A stretch of 63,152 bases of DNA, filler included. It is 7 parts of 7 records of this genome, joined end to end, with 100 filler letters (N's around TTAATTAATTAA, not from the genome) between each part and the next. Parts side by side here need not be neighbours in the genome. Positions count along the whole stretch, not along the records: positions 9,384 to 20,517 come from DRR378314_907; positions 20,618 to 28,439 come from DRR378314_910; 5 more parts are not named here. One strand, 5' to 3'. Shown in pieces: positions 12,829-25,100 of the stretch. The notes under the pieces are model-generated. The model did no database searches. It saw only the letters and a program-made list of their open reading frames with translations, and was not told where the DNA came from. Each line of letters starts with the position of its first letter. The first letter of the stretch is position 1. Position numbers and translations under genes: made by a program.

Positions 12829-15800
12829 AGCGCCATTTCGCGACAAGGCCGCTCAGGCGCGCCGGCTAGAGGCAAGACGGCGGCGGTACTGTTGGGTTAG
12901 AGCGAAAGTGCAAGCACTTCCAAGCACTTCTTTTGTGTATATTCATTGTACAAGGAACATCCTTCAGCGTTTCTCCTAAGACATGCGCTATAGACCTGCC
13001 TCGCATGCGCGGTATTTTGTCGACATTGGAAAGTGAAGCGCCGCGGATGCTGTAATGAAGGACGGCAGAAGCAGCGGCGGGGCACCGCCGGGAAGCAGCA
13101 GCTTCTTGCAACGGCCTCGCACTCCGATTCTCTTCCATGCGATGAATGCAGAAAATAGGCAACATGCTTTTCACAGGGTATCCGTTTACACGTAACCAGT
13201 ACAAGGACAGTGACGCACGGGGTCGGTGGGTACGCGGCCTAGGAACTCTCCGGCTCGCGACCGCGCCGGTGCTCGGAGGCGTCAGACGGCTCTCGCGCCG
13301 GGCTGGAAGCAGCGCTGGGCGGGGTGCTCGACGCTTGCGCGAACATCTGGCTCCACACCTACATGATATGTGAACCACAATCCGCGTACCCCCCAAGTTA
13401 GGAATGAGACATGTTCTACTGTAACCAAGGGCATCTACGGTTCGTAGGGTATGAAGCTGCGCCGGGGAAACGAAAGAGCTGCCGCTCCGACAAGGCCACG
13501 TTTGCAGGAGCTACGCGCCTGCGGCACGCTTGCGAATCGCACACGAGGACGCGCGAGCTACACGGGAGGAATTACCTGCAGAGATCCCCGCGCATCATGA
13601 TGGGCGCGTGCTAACGCTCCATCTTCGTCTGTCTGTTGTAGTAGGCGCGAAATCGTGTTATTCCTGCTCAGGACGCGAAGCGCATGCAAGAAGGTATTCA
13701 GCGCAAAAATCCTCGCAGGCGCGAAAAGAACAAACCATCAACGAGGGTCTCGCACTGCTCTTCACGGGCGCGCACCGTGCGCGCAGCACAACTTGCGCCC
13801 TCCAAGCGAGATGCGATCTAGTCTTCGTGCGTATATTTCGACAAGACCAAGGCATCGCTGGGCGCCGCGGGCCAACGCACAGATTCTGTACAGTATGTAG
13901 CGTCGAGCGCATTTCGTAGAGCACCGCGAGTTGTTCCTCGTTCAAGTTCGCTCTACAGGGAAGGGAGCCGCCAAGGCGATGCGGACGAACGGGATACGAT
14001 CAGCAGCTTCCTCACGTATGGTGGTTACAGACGCCCAGACAGACATCAAGAAATAAGCGTGCACGGAATACGCCAGCCAGCCGCGCGGTGTGGCGATCTC
14101 GGCGCTGGCATGCCCTGCACGGGTGCCGCAAACGTAAGCACAAGCGCTCGCGCCAGCGCGCAGGTTGGCCCGAAGCGGCTGATTGGATCTGCTTTCGATG
14201 GGGTAAGGAAACGGAAACGCAGTTATGCCATTCTTCGTCTTTGTTCCCAAGAAACACATATACACACTGCAAAAAATACACGGAAAAATGAGACTCACAG
14301 GAGCAGCGACGGGAGAGCCATGGGACAAAGGAGCGGCCAGACACACGCGACAACGAGCGCACTCGCGCGCCTTCTGCGCCGCGCCACGGCAGATCCAGCT
14401 GTCGGGTGCGCACCGACGTACGTTGCGTCGTCCATCGGTACCAAGTGCTCCACGTAGAGCAAGCAATCGAGGCGATATGCAACAAATCGCAGATTAGCAC
14501 CCTTGGGTACCCAGTGCAGCGTTTCGTGCAGTACTAGGCGATCGGTTCGTTTCGAAGCGCAACAGTGGCTCTTTGCAAAGCAAGCGCAAGGTGGAAGAGA
14601 GCGAAAGTTCGCGCCAAGAGCGCAGCGCGAACAAGAGATTCTGGTCAGCCGCGACGTGGTTTTGCACAGGAGGATCTTTGTGCGCGAAAAGAGCTGTATT
14701 GACCGCGTCGCAAGTGTACGAGGGATGACTGGGCTTAAATTATTATTTTTTTGTTTTGTACCACTCGAGTCAGATTTTACGGAATTTCCACAGCACAGCC
14801 CATACAACAGGACTACTTATTGTACTACGCAAAGTATCGAAAGCGTTTGACGGTAGGGTCTGCAGCGTGTCACACCCTCGGTTGGGCTAGCGCTGCCCGC
14901 ACGAGGCTGCCGTCGCTCCCTCTGCGCGCAGCGGGCCAGCCGAACCGGGACGGCGGGCGTGTAGGCCCTCCAGGCAGATTGCAAGCGCCAGCAGCGACAC
15001 TGTGCTCGGACCGGCTATAATTAGCACTGCAGTCTTTGTTTGGTTCACAGAGCGTTTGGAGAGAGGCAGGACCCTTGTGGTACTCGAGCTCTCTGCGGTA
15101 CAGCAACCTGGCTGCGTAGTTCGGTCTGCTGTGTTGACGACGTTGAAAGCACAGGCGAAACGTGCGTCGTGTTCGCGAGGCGCCACGGGATTGTGCGATG
15201 GCCGGCACGAGAAAGGCTGCATGTATGTTGTTGGTTTGTCAGTGACTCGAGCATTGTAAAGGCGCTGCCGTCGTCCTGTCGACGTGCAAGGCGTGCTCTG
15301 CTCTCGTCTCACTGGTGGTCGAAGCGCACTGCGCCACAAGCTGCGTGAGCGGGGGCCGTTCTCGCTGGCACAGCCTGGGCAGCTCCAGTTTTCACGAATC
15401 CGGGTTACTGCCATGTCGTATTCGCCAAGGTTGGCTCAAAAAAAAAAAAAAAAAAGCGCGAACGCACAAGAAGTTGTAAAATTTTTGTCATGCTTTGCTG
15501 CGCTGAATCTCTGAACGGAGGAATCGCTGTGGCTTCGTGAGCGCAAGCCCGCGCGGACGAAGAGCAGCTTGGGAGTTGCTTTTCCCGTGGGGTGCGCGAC
15601 TGGTGCTCGTACAGCGTTTTGCGCGGCTGAGTTTTCTGTCTTGTCCTGTCTGCTTGTCCAACGGGTCATCCCGGGCGTGCGATTCAGCCTCGGATGCCAA
15701 GCGCCGGCGTCTTAGTCGAACAAAGAAGGTATGCTCTACAAGCAGCACGAACGAGAGTTTGCATGGCGGAGATGTCGGAGTGCTCGCGCGGCGCTGTTGG

Positions 15801-16021
15801 ACGTGCGGCACAGTCGCGATTTCGCTGCGCACCACGCTTCTGTTGCGCGCGCTGCTGCTCGTGAGCCGAGCAAGTTGTGTCTCACTGCGCTGCCCTTTTG
15901 GGTTTCAAATCATCCAGACGCTCACTCAAGCTGTATTTGAAGAATGTATATAGTTGGTCTGTTTTTTGTTTTAACCTACAGAGCATTGCTGCGACGTTGT
16001 TGGTGTTTTCTGTGCGTTCAG

Positions 16022-19000
16022 GCGGAATGGGAGGAGTCTGACACAGAGTCTTCAGCTGCAGCTGAGAGCAGCGGGACCGAGTTCGAGGATGAGGATATGA
16101 GCGACGACGACACGGTATGATGTTCCTCTCTTGATGTGAATTGTTCCTCTGATATTCGATTGATGAAGTTGTGAGCGGATTGGCGCGGTGGTCAGAGGTT
16201 GCGTGCTCGTTCTTGGCAGGCGCGGTCGCGAAAGTGGGTGCGCGCCGCCACGTTTTTGTGCGCGCGGACCTCCTACATCAAAGCTGCCTTTCTTGATCAA
16301 AGTTTTGGGATTTCTCTCCCTGCTTTTTTGCACTGACTCTTGCTGAGAACACTGCTTGTGGTCTGATAGACTGTTGTTGTGCATGCGATCAATCGCGCGT
16401 TTCCTCGAATTGGTGCAGCCGCGCACGAGGCGCAGCGGTTCACGCGCTGCCGCAGCGGAGCAGCTGTCGGACACCGAGTCGTCCAGCGAGAGCAGCGGCG
16501 CTTCCTCTGCAGAGGACGAAGACCTGGACGCTGACGCTCCGCCGTTCGGGGACGACCTGATTATCGACGGTGCGTTTGGTGTGCGCGTTACCACTGCGGA
16601 GCACCAGGTCACTGATTTTGCAAAGGGCTTGTGCTGCTGCTGGGCGTAGGGTACGTCTCGATGCCTGCCTTGCGTTCTGACCACGCGTTCGATGCGTTCC
16701 TCCGCGGCTTCACAGATGCGGACCGTGCGAAGCTCGCATCGATGCCAGAGTTGGAAAGAGAAGACCTTCTGGCCGAGCGTTTCGAAAAGCTTCAGGAATA
16801 CCGTTCCCGTGTAGAGATCCGCCGTCGATTGCGCGAAGAGAAGCGCCAAGCGAAGCAGAAGAAGAAGCGCCAGCAGCGGCGCGAGAAGACGTCGCGTGCC
16901 TCTACGGATAAGCAGCGGCGCAAGGACGCCCTTGAGGCGCTTGTTGCCCGTAGGCGCTCGCGTGCAGAGCGCGCAGGCGAGGCCAAGGTACGCAAAGGTC
17001 TTGGCCAAAAGTATGACGCGTCGAGTGAAATACGCCATGGATTGCCTGTGGACCTGCGTATTCTTGTGCGTGTCGGATTTGCGTCTCCCTCTCCCTTTTC
17101 AGGCGGTTTGTGTGGCCTAGTCAGCGATATACCGTTTGTCTTGTGCCGCTTGTCGCGTTGCGGCAGTGTGGAGAAACATCCGGGCCCTGCGAATCGTGTG
17201 CTTCTTTTTCTTGGCTGGGTACTGTTCAAACCGTTGATCGTTTTTCAAAACAATATGTTATTTGATGGTGTGCTTGGCTGTGGTGCGCTCGGGCAGGATG
17301 ATTTCGACCTGCAGGAAGACCGTCTCGAGGCGCAGGAGCAGCGGCGGAAAGCGGGAGCTGCGCGCGCTGCGGTGGACGTCGAGGCGTTTGAGCCACCCTT
17401 GTCCGCGGCTGAAATCCGGAAGGCGCAGCTTTTGCGCTCGCATCTCGCGGAGTTTCTCTGCACGGAAAAGAGTGATCTGCATCGGCGTGCCTTTGAAGAG
17501 CACGCTTTTCACTGCTTTGTACGCGTGTCCATTGGATCGCGGCGCGTCGAGGTGGACGAGTTTGGAAACGGCGGCCACGAGGTTCCCGTGTACCGTCTGT
17601 GCGAACTCATCGGCCTTCAGTCGGCGCGCGAGCCGTACGAGGTCTCATGGTGCGTATTGTAGCACGTCTCGTTGCGGTCAAGCACCTCTGTTGCTGGCAG
17701 TGTGCAGGCGCGAGTGGTTTGCCACGCAAAGCCCGCCGTTGCACGTACGTCGACTCTTGCGCCCTTTCCGCGTTCCTGACTCTGTTTCCCCGTTTTGCGC
17801 CAAGTTCCCGAAGTTTGCGTGTGTGCGTGATATAGCGCTGTATTATTGACGCCCCGCTTCTGTTCATATGCGTGGGCGGGGGTGTGGGCGGTGTCGGGAT
17901 GCAGGGTGGACATGCGGCGTCGTGCACGGCAGGGAAAGACGGAAAGTGTGCTTACGGTGCGATTCGGGTCGCGCACTCGGCAGTTTCCGATCAGCCAGGT
18001 CTCTGGATCTGCCCTGACAGAAGACGAGTGCGTCGAATGGCAGAAGTACTTGCACACGAACGCGATTTCGATCCCCTCGCATCGGGATATATCGGAACGC
18101 GTGGAGCAGCTCCAGAAACTGAAGAATGTTCGCATCACCGACGAAGCCGTTTCGCAGTATCTCGCTGAGAAACAGGAAAAGGGGCGACAGGTGGTCAATC
18201 TCTCGTCCGAGATTGCTCGTCTTAAAGTTGAACGTGACGAAGCGAGGCAAAATGGCCAGCACGATCGCTATCGCGAGCTGTGCCACCGCCTGGAAGATCT
18301 CGAGGAGGCGCTGCAGCGGTCGCGGTCCTCTGGCGACGTGTTAGCGTCGATCAACGACCGCAACCGGCAGCGCAACGTGCAGCGCGGCACTGCTGCTGCG
18401 CAGAGCGCGGAAAGCTCGTGGTTTACGCGTGTTCACACGCGTGCACAGAACTACTTCACGATCGGCGACGACGAAGGTCCGGCGAATGCGAGCGCGAATG
18501 CCGCCGCAGGCGGTTCAGTGGCGTCGGCAGGCGCCGCGTCGTCGGAGAAGGACGTCCCGTTTTCGCCGCGCAGCCCTGCCGGCGCCAAGCGCGTGTCTGC
18601 CATGCTCGACACTTTGACAAAGTACGTTGGCGAGAAGCTGGGCGCGGATGTTGTCATGTGGCTGCGCGGAGGGGAAGTGACGAGGATCGTGGTTCTGCTT
18701 TGATGTGCTACTCGTGCGTGGAGAGCCTGGGGAGTGGTGATGTGCGAGAGATGAACGCGGGGAATCGTTGGCGGCGCGCTGCAGTGGAAGCGAAGCGCGC
18801 CGCCAACGCAGAGAACTTCGCCCGGTGCACTGTTTTTATCCTCTGCGCTCTGTCCGGACACGCTATAGCGCACGAAGAGGTGCAAACTTCCTAGTCGTTG
18901 TGTTCTGGTGCGGGGAATGCTGGTGCGTAGAGCAGGAGGCAAGCTCACGTTGCAGCGCGCTACTGCTGCCTGCGTTCCGGCGCTGCAGGGCCTCTGTCGA

Positions 19001-19178
19001 CCTCGAAGCACCCGGCGCGGGCGGATCGGCGAGCGATATCGCGGCCAAACGAGCAGCTGCCGCGCTCGCGCGCGCTAGCCGTGCTGCTAACGAGCGCGTC
19101 GTGGTGCCAGGCGTTCGGAAGCTCATCTCACTGGAGGAGTACTTTGAGCGCCGCCAGCTTGCAGATGCTGCAGAGTAG
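16022..19178 (+). CDS. RTF1: Paf1-complex subunit Rtf1 (HMD and Plus3 domains), spliced; start exon unresolved upstream
   Basis: Exons 16022-16114, 16419-16569, 16716-16987, 17297-17649, 17905-18621 and 18989-19178 join in phase. HMD-like DRAKLASMPELEREDLLAER, Plus3-like CFVRVSIG...VYRLCE...FPISQVS, and C-terminal ISLEEYFERR. Confidence 0.88.
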
Positions 19179-20492
19179 CGTTGTATGGTTCCGTGATTGT
19201 GCCGTGCGCCACTCGCGTTGGTCAACGGTGGGCTTTTGCTGCTCCCTTTTCTCTCGGTCTCAGCTCATCATGGCGACGTCGTCTCGAGGCCAGAGCAGGC
19301 CCACGGCGGCGCCCAGAATGACGCAAATAAAAGAATACAGGCGAGCCTCTGCACGCGGACAAGACAGAGTCGAGGCGGATGGCGCAGCGCGGCGGCCGCC
19401 ACCGACGTGAGCCTGCGGCGAGGCAAATCCATGTCATGCCTGAGCGTGGGAGCACCTGCTCAGCCGTGCTTACAGCAGCGTGTTGCTCGCTATACGTAGA
19501 TTGCAGGCATGCAAGCTACTGCCGCAGTGGCGGGAGTACCCGGGCACAGGGAGTGCTCGCGAACCTCTCGCGATGCAAGCCGTGTGCAAACGTTGCGCGT
19601 CCTCCGCGCATCACAAGAGTGGCAACACGGATTCGGGGTCGACACGTACCGTAGTTTAGCTCGTCCACATTTTCTTGAAACGTTTCGGCCATGTTTGTAA
19701 CGTAAAGCCCAATTAAGGCATTTGGTGAGAAGTCTACTCCCAAGTTCCTGAAACTCTGTATCTGCAATGAACCGTTGCCAAGAGTGTAGGACGGTTAAGC
19801 CGTTGCTGCGTTCTTTCAGCGGCCATATGTGTCTGCTCATCACCTTTCTGGACGCGCGGTGCCCTCCCATTTCACGCATGCGCTTGCGAGTGTTTGGGTC
19901 GGACGTCGCACTGAGCAGCCACATGGGGTCAATGCGCAGCGTACCCCTTCTTTCACAACATCGGATTCGAATTCGTCCATGCATGTAGTGCGAAATATGC
20001 TTCCGCCTGGCGTAGGCCAAGCGGGTGGAATGTCGACGTACTCGTTGTGAATTACAACTGCGTTCACGCGGGGGCAAGATGTCTCGGTGCACGTCTGCAT
20101 GCTCGTTCAAGGCGTACGAGAAGAAAGCGGGGCGATTCCGAAAGTTGGACAGAGCGGCACGAGCTTCAGTTGACTTACCACTAATAAGAGCAACTTTTAG
20201 CGAGGACTGTCGCACTGCGTGAGCGATTCATAACGCGTGCGACTGCTTTTTGGTTCGGAGACTGGCCGGCAGGTGCAAGAGCGCGAGCAGGGCCCGTTTC
20301 CGCTATCGCGGTACGACGACGATGCGAGAGGGCCTTGGGGCCGGACAACGTACCGTCGTACTATTCACAAGAGGCGCAATCGTTAACCTTCGGAAACAAT
20401 CCGCTGTGTCTCCGCTGCACTGCGACGACTTGAACTCGAGGGTAGTTGTAAAGTTGTACGCCACCTAGCGCGAACGAAGCAAAAGGCAGAGC

Positions 20493-20517
20493 GAGAGAGA
20501 GAGAGAGAGAGAGAGAG
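20493..20517. repeat. (GA)n microsatellite at the contig end
   Basis: A 25-nt GA run abuts the linker and probably caused the assembly break. Confidence 0.9.
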
Positions 20518-20617
20518 NNNNNNNNNNNNNNNNNNNNNNNNNNNNNNNNNNNNNNNNNNNNTTAATTAATTAANNNNNNNNNNNNNNNNNNNNNNNNNNN
20601 NNNNNNNNNNNNNNNNN
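20518..20617. other. Artificial contig linker
   Basis: Same 100-nt N/TTAATTAATTAA/N pattern. Confidence 0.99.
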
Positions 20618-20903
20618 GATTTGCCTTTTGCTCGCTCCCGCAAAAGCAGGAATGCAATTGTGTATGGCTCGTCAGCACCGTGTCGTTTGTCAAGCCTTTA
20701 CGAACAGCAATGAAGCGGGATGCGAGAGCGGCGCGTACATGAGGCACAAAAAGCAGCGCTGGGCACTCGTGTGCAGCGCTGCCACACGGGCGATCTCGCC
20801 CCATTCGAAAGGAAACACAAAAGGAACAAACCGAAGACACAACTGCTGTTTTGTAATAGAGAGAGTGGGTGCATTGTTATTTCTATCATATATTTGAACG
20901 TAC

Positions 20904-21771
20904 TCCTTGATAACGGGCCCAAGTTCCGGGTCGCGCAACGCGGTTTCTCTGGAAAGAAGCAGTCGGTACGGAACTGCGTAGTACACCTCGCCGCTCTGCA
21001 GCTCACGCGCAGGCACGCAGTCCCGACGTTCGTGCCAACGCACAGATGACACCGCACGAAAGCAGGGAGACATATACGTAGCACCCTTAGACTATCACGA
21101 ATACTTACATTCGTAGTCGTCTCAACTTCTGGCGTGGTTGCACTCCTCAAAGGTCGTTTCGGGCGTTGGGCTGGCAGAGAAGCAACTATGCCGCTTCCGC
21201 ATCCCGTCTCCAAAGAACCAGCGCTATACGCGCTGCACTTGAGTGGCGCAGAGCGCTCGCACATACCTTTAAGCTCTCTCGAGCACGAACTCCATAACGC
21301 ATCCCAGAGCCATAGTAGTGCACCTGTTTGATTGGTACATTGCAAAAGGGTGCTGTGAGACAACTTCACTGGATGCATCATCTCCGTGTAAGACAGGAAA
21401 GCCGCTCGTGCTGCAAACCGGCACAAAGCAGGTTGGGCACCGTGCTGCGCCGCGGCTGCAACGTACTTCCGCCTTGCGCACAGGCATCCCCTGCGCATCC
21501 GCCCACTTTTCCAGTCCCTCCACAGCTTCACCAGCTTCAGGATCATCTGACTCGGTCCCTGCATGCGATGCAAAAGGCAAGGCCGGTCAAGAGCCAGAGT
21601 GTCAGCGTAGCAAAAGGCGGCGCGGACGACAGCTGCGCCTCCGCTGGGGCGTTTGCCGTGCGCGCGCACACACACACGCAGCTTACCTATGTTGACGACA
21701 TTCGCGCAGCACAGGCAGCACAGTGCCAGCAGCGCCAATGCGACGGTGCATTTCTCGTGTCTCCGGATCAT
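20904..21771 (-). CDS. SET-domain lysine methyltransferase (SETD3/SETD6/Rubisco-LSMT-like), N-terminal part, spliced and 3'-truncated
   Basis: Exons 21771-21687, 21558-21467, 21323-21267 and 20995-20904 join in phase. They give LEKWADAQG...GMRYGVRARESLKSGEVYYAVPYRLLLS, which matches the GxG-x-A-x3-GE-x3-VP pattern. Confidence 0.75.
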
Positions 21772-22147
21772 AACGGCCAGCACTTTGGGTTCGTCGACAA
21801 AGTAATGGAGCGCACGGCCGCGTGCAACTCTGCCGTGCAGTGCGGCGCGGGCGAACGCAACGGGCGCTGGTTCTGGGGCTTTCTTGCATATTCCCCCCCA
21901 AACACTGTATTCAGTGAAATACATAAACCGGGCGGCCAGCAGCGCCAGAACGACCACCCGCGAGACGGAAGCGATCAGCGCCCATCTTCGCTCGCAGTGG
22001 AACGAATCACACGCAATGCACGAAATTGGCCACCTTGGTACCACCGTGGACCGGTCGACGGGCTCTGGTATAGTGGAACTCTCGCGCTTGGCAATGCACG
22101 CGTGGACGCCGCTTGCGCGCCGGTGGTAGCTTGCAGCGGTGGAACGC

Positions 22148-25100
22148 TCAGCATGGAGCGGTGAACACGGTTCGGAATGCCAGCGTTGGGCGAAGCACCT
22201 GCTTGCGAGACGGAAAACCGAGTTGGCCTTGCACGCATTTGCCCTGTACACCGACAGAACGAATTCAGCCGAGCAGGCAGGCGAGCGGGCATCGTATCAG
22301 AAGCGGATAGAATGAAACGCAGCAGCGAGTTCGCGCTGCGCGACTCAGTGCGCACGCTTCTTCCTCATAACGCACCCAGGAGTACACGGTACCCGTCGCG
22401 TCCGCGGCAAACGCATGGTGCGATCCGACGGCAAGCGATGCAATATCCGGCGGAGATCCGCTGGCTTCGTCGGCGAAAGTGATCGGCGCGTGCGTCGTTC
22501 TCGTCTGCAGTGACCCTTGTCCAAGCTGCCCAAACCGGCCCGACCCAAAACTCACGGGATACGAAACGGATCTGCCCCAGCAAACACGTGCAGGGAGACT
22601 GTGGTGAGATTGCCCTCCTCTATTTCTTTTTTGTGCGTTGGACTACGTGATGAACAGTGTATGCGTATATACAGGGAAGCGGAGTCACATTGTCGCAGAG
22701 AGGGAGATGATCTCGAAGCAGTGGTGCGTACGGGCGCAGGATACATGTACACGGACAAGGTTCCCTAGCAACATCTCCGCTCCGAAAGCGCCGTTGATCG
22801 TAACATACCTGCACTGGCGGTCTCGAACCACTGCAACGCACCAAAGGTACACCATGCACGTTTCGATCCATACTTTTATCTTAGTTGCGTCAGCTGGTCT
22901 TTGTACCGTACGGTGCCGATAGCGGAGAGCGTGCAAGGAAAGATCTGGGGCGAAACGCGAAGCTCCCAGCGTAGAAGGAATTTACAAGGAAAATTCAACA
23001 CCCTTTCGTGACCTTGGGACACACGCAAAACAAAGGTAACAGCGCGTGGAACAGCAAATCATAATATGCGAGCTTCCTTTCCCTTTTCAAATACAGGTGC
23101 TCAGCATAACGCACGGGCAACAGTGAATCCCCATCCACAGCGCACGAGTTCCACGTGCACGTCCGCAAGCGACTCGACAACCGTAGGCCCGCAGCGGCGC
23201 TCCTCGTCACCGTGACCTAGTTGTCTGATCTCGGAGCAAAGCAGGAGGAACAAATGCGAAAACAACGAGAAAATTAAGCGACATAGATTGCATCAGTGGG
23301 ATTCAGAGGGAGAAAAGCCACGTTAAATGGGCATGGAACGGCGTGGCCATTCCATTTCATGGTAGCGACATCAGCAACTGCGTCCAAACACACACGCTAC
23401 TGTGTTTGCATCACGCTCCAGGCGGGTCCAACAGCGCAGCGCTTGCACATCTCATATTTCAACTGCATCCCGACATACAAGCAACGCACCCGCCTTGTCC
23501 GTATCCAAAGGTAAACAGTTTTCCAGATCTAGTAACGATCGCGGTGTGATGAGCTCCGCAGTCCGCATCGACCGCCATTTCATCTTGCAGCGCCTGGACA
23601 AGAGTGGGGACGGCCCTGCGCGTGTGCGTACCCGTGCGCAATTCGCAGTTCCCACGAACGAACAGGGAAGCAAACAATTTCCACAATTGCCGCTACTCAG
23701 AGGACATGCTGTGGAAGAAACGAAGATCTGGCAGAAAAAAATATAACTACAACGTGCGGTACTTGCAGCCATGGCGGAAGGCCAGCATTTTCAGGACCAA
23801 TTGCACACGCACCTCTTCTCCGAGTCTCCGTGCCCCAGGCGGCCGTCGGTGCCCACACCGTTGGTAAAGACTTTCCCAGTCACGGACAGCCAGCACACAT
23901 GGCGCGCTCCGCATGCTACAGCTTTAGCGCGCTCAAAGACGAGACCTTCTTTCAAAGACGAAGAGGCATGTGCATATGCAACACGAGGGCGCGCTCCGGC
24001 TGATGGCGAGCGGACAAGTACAGGTGCGGGTGACTTTCGCGCACCTGACGCGGGCTTTGCTGCGGGGATTTCTCGCGGGAGGAATCCGATGCAGCACGGC
24101 GTCTGGCGATGTCGCGAGTCCCCAGTGCCAAGGGTATAGTCTGCGCCGCTACCCCACGTCCAGCAGCGCCCGGACGTGTCCACGCACGCCATAAACCCGG
24201 ACCCACAAGACACCATCAGCACGCAGGTGTTCTTGTTGCATCGCGACCAGAGAAGCGCCCTTGTAGTCGCCATGACTTGCGGAAGCGTATCCACGGCCTC
24301 GTCGACTCCTTCGCGCTCTGCGATCGCGGCTTGCGTGGAATCCGTAGCGGATACAATATTCGACGTGGATGCACCAGCACCGTCCGAGTCTTCTTTGGTG
24401 GAGCGAGCAACTTCGGAGGGGATGCTATCCTGCTCGCCATCGGGACCGGGATCACGCTGCTCCCTCCCCACATGGCCGTCGGAATGCGACAGCAAACGCC
24501 GTTCTCCTAGCCCTTCTGGGTCCGTGCCCGGAGAAGAGAGAATGTTTTGGGGCTCCCAGGTGTCTGAATTCGTCGCTCGCAAGTCGGCTGACGACGGTAA
24601 GGGCAATCTATCGCCCGAAGGAAGCACCACAGAGAGCGACGACCCGTGTTCGCTTCCTCCCGCGTGCGCCGCTGTTGAGATTTCCGTTGCAGCGATTGCG
24701 TCGCCATGAACCGGATGCGAGCTCTGTCCCTCGGATCCCGTCGACGCGCTGTTGCGCAGGCGATCGAGCAGAAGTACGGGCGCATTCGCAGATTCTTCGC
24801 GGTGCCCTCCAGCTGACATCGTAGAGTCTCGCACTGTGCAGTCAAGTGGATCGAAAGCCATTCGCTCCTCGAGTAAGGAAGCTAGTCCACCACTGTCACT
24901 GGGGCTCCTCTCCTGTGCACTCCCATGCGATAGTGCTTGCGGAGGTTCAACTTGTTGACTACCGCTCGTCTCCGCGTCATCATGATGTTGCACGGCCTCG
25001 AATTCAGTGGGACGTTCTGCAGGATCGCGGGCGCTATCAGATGCACTTTCTTGAGCAGATGCTCGCGATGAGCCTCTACTCTGGTCGCTTGTCGTGCGAC

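Noticed and set aside
13380-13700. Reassigned TAG codon suggested by an alternative frame with two TAGs
   Set aside because: TAG ends TFIIA exactly at its conserved terminal Trp and also ends Rtf1, so the standard code fits.
20698-22251. 517-aa ORF as a single gene
   Set aside because: It reads through the introns and UTR of the SET-domain gene, and most of it is in the wrong frame with no coherent domain.
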